This document shows positions 62,927 to 64,000 of a DNA stretch of 64,000 nt, in pieces. The notes under the pieces are model-generated. The model made no database searches. It saw only the letters and a list, made by a program, of their open reading frames with translations, and was not told the origin of the DNA. Within the stretch, counting starts at the first letter, position 1; each line of letters begins with the position of its first letter. This stretch comes from Escherichia coli. GTDB taxonomy: Bacteria; Pseudomonadota; Gammaproteobacteria; Enterobacterales; Enterobacteriaceae. The translations under genes and the position numbers were made by a program. Location: NCBI RefSeq assembly GCF_044647545.1, contig NZ_CP172818.1; one strand, 5' to 3'.

Positions 62927-63862
62927 ATGGCCGCCGTTAACTTACGTCATATTGAAATTTTTCATGCGGTAATGACCGCCGGAAGTCTGACTGAGGCGGC
63001 ACACCTGCTACACACCTCACAGCCAACCGTCAGCCGCGAACTGGCGCGCTTTGAGAAGGTGATCGGGCTGAAATTGTTTGAGCGCATACGTGGACGATTA
63101 CATCCTACCGTGCAAGGACTGCGTCTGTTTGAAGAAGTGCAACGATCCTGGTACGGACTGGATCGCATTGTCAGTGCCGCAGAAAGTCTGCGCGAGTTTC
63201 GCCAGGGAGAACTGTCTATTGCCTGCCTGCCGGTCTTTTCGCAATCTTTTTTACCGCAGCTCCTGCAACCCTTTCTGGCACGTTATCCCGATGTCAGCTT
63301 AAACATCGTGCCCCAGGAATCACCGCTACTTGAAGAGTGGCTCTCGGCCCAGCGTCATGATTTAGGACTCACTGAGACACTCCATACGCCTGCGGGAACA
63401 GAACGTACCGAATTACTCTCTTTAGATGAAGTGTGTGTGTTACCTCCGGGCCATCCGCTGGCGGTAAAAAAGGTATTAACGCCGGATGATTTTCACGGTG
63501 AAAACTACATCAGCCTTTCCCGTACTGACAGCTATCGCCAGTTGCTGGATCAATTGTTTACTGAGAATCAGGTTAAACGACGCATGATCGTAGAAACCCA
63601 CAGCGCCGCGTCAGTCTGCGCAATGGTACGGGCGGGGGTAGGCGTTTCGGTAGTTAACCCACTCACCGCACTGGATTATGCGGCAAGCGGTTTAGTGGTG
63701 CGGCGGTTCAGCATTGCGGTTCCATTCACCGTCAGCCTGATCCGCCCCCTGCACCGCCCGTCATCAGCGCTGGTGCAGGCGTTTAGTGAGCATTTACAAG
63801 CGGGATTACCGAAACTGGTCACTTCTCTTGACGCTATTTTGTCGTCAGCTACGACAGCATAA
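62927..63862 (+). CDS. lysR: LysR transcriptional activator of lysA
   Basis: 311-aa ORF with LysR-type HTH, divergent from lysA. Confidence 0.92.
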
Positions 63863-64000
63863 AAGCGACAGCATCCTCGGCATGGATCGCCGCGGTATCA
63901 AACACAGGCAGAACACTGCGCTCTTCTGGCACCAGTAAACCAATTTCTGTGCAGCCAAAAATGACGCCCTGTGCGCCCTGTTCTGCAAGGCGAGCAATCA
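63849..64000 (-). CDS. ygeA: Asp/Glu racemase-family protein, C-terminal part (gene continues beyond the right edge of the window)
   Basis: Reverse-strand translation from the window edge gives ...[49 protein letters not shown]-stop, with a conserved GCTE active-site-like motif; stop at 63849-63851 overlaps the lysR 3' end. Confidence 0.7.

Overview
This window is a contiguous stretch of Escherichia coli K-12-like chromosome, running from gudX/gudP at the left edge through the fuc operon, recBCD/ptrA, thyA, ptsP and mutH to lysA/lysR/ygeA at the right edge. Gene identities are recognised from the translated ORFs and known RNA sequences by memory only; no database search was run. About 55 protein genes, three identical initiator tRNA-Met genes and four known sRNAs (csrB, gcvB, omrA, omrB) are supported. 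Two things depart from ordinary K-12 content. (1) A block of about 4.1 kb (27530-31641) sits exactly between the last tRNA-Met and the amiC stop codon, where K-12 has only a few tens of bp as far as I recall. Its + strand is almost devoid of G, it is AT-rich, it has no ORF longer than about 105 codons in any frame, and it has no integrase, direct repeats or periodic repeats. It is clearly non-native and apparently non-coding, but I cannot assign a function; an unusual non-coding element, a strand-specific deamination footprint, or a synthetic or assembly artefact all remain possible. (2) recB carries a -1 frameshift in a homopolymer run (6 C on the + strand at 39000-39005), splitting it into 329-aa and 916-aa ORFs; this is either a real recB-null allele or a homopolymer sequencing error. 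Everything else looks like ordinary, well-characterised core genome. No CRISPR array, prophage, IS element or defence-system gene cluster was seen.
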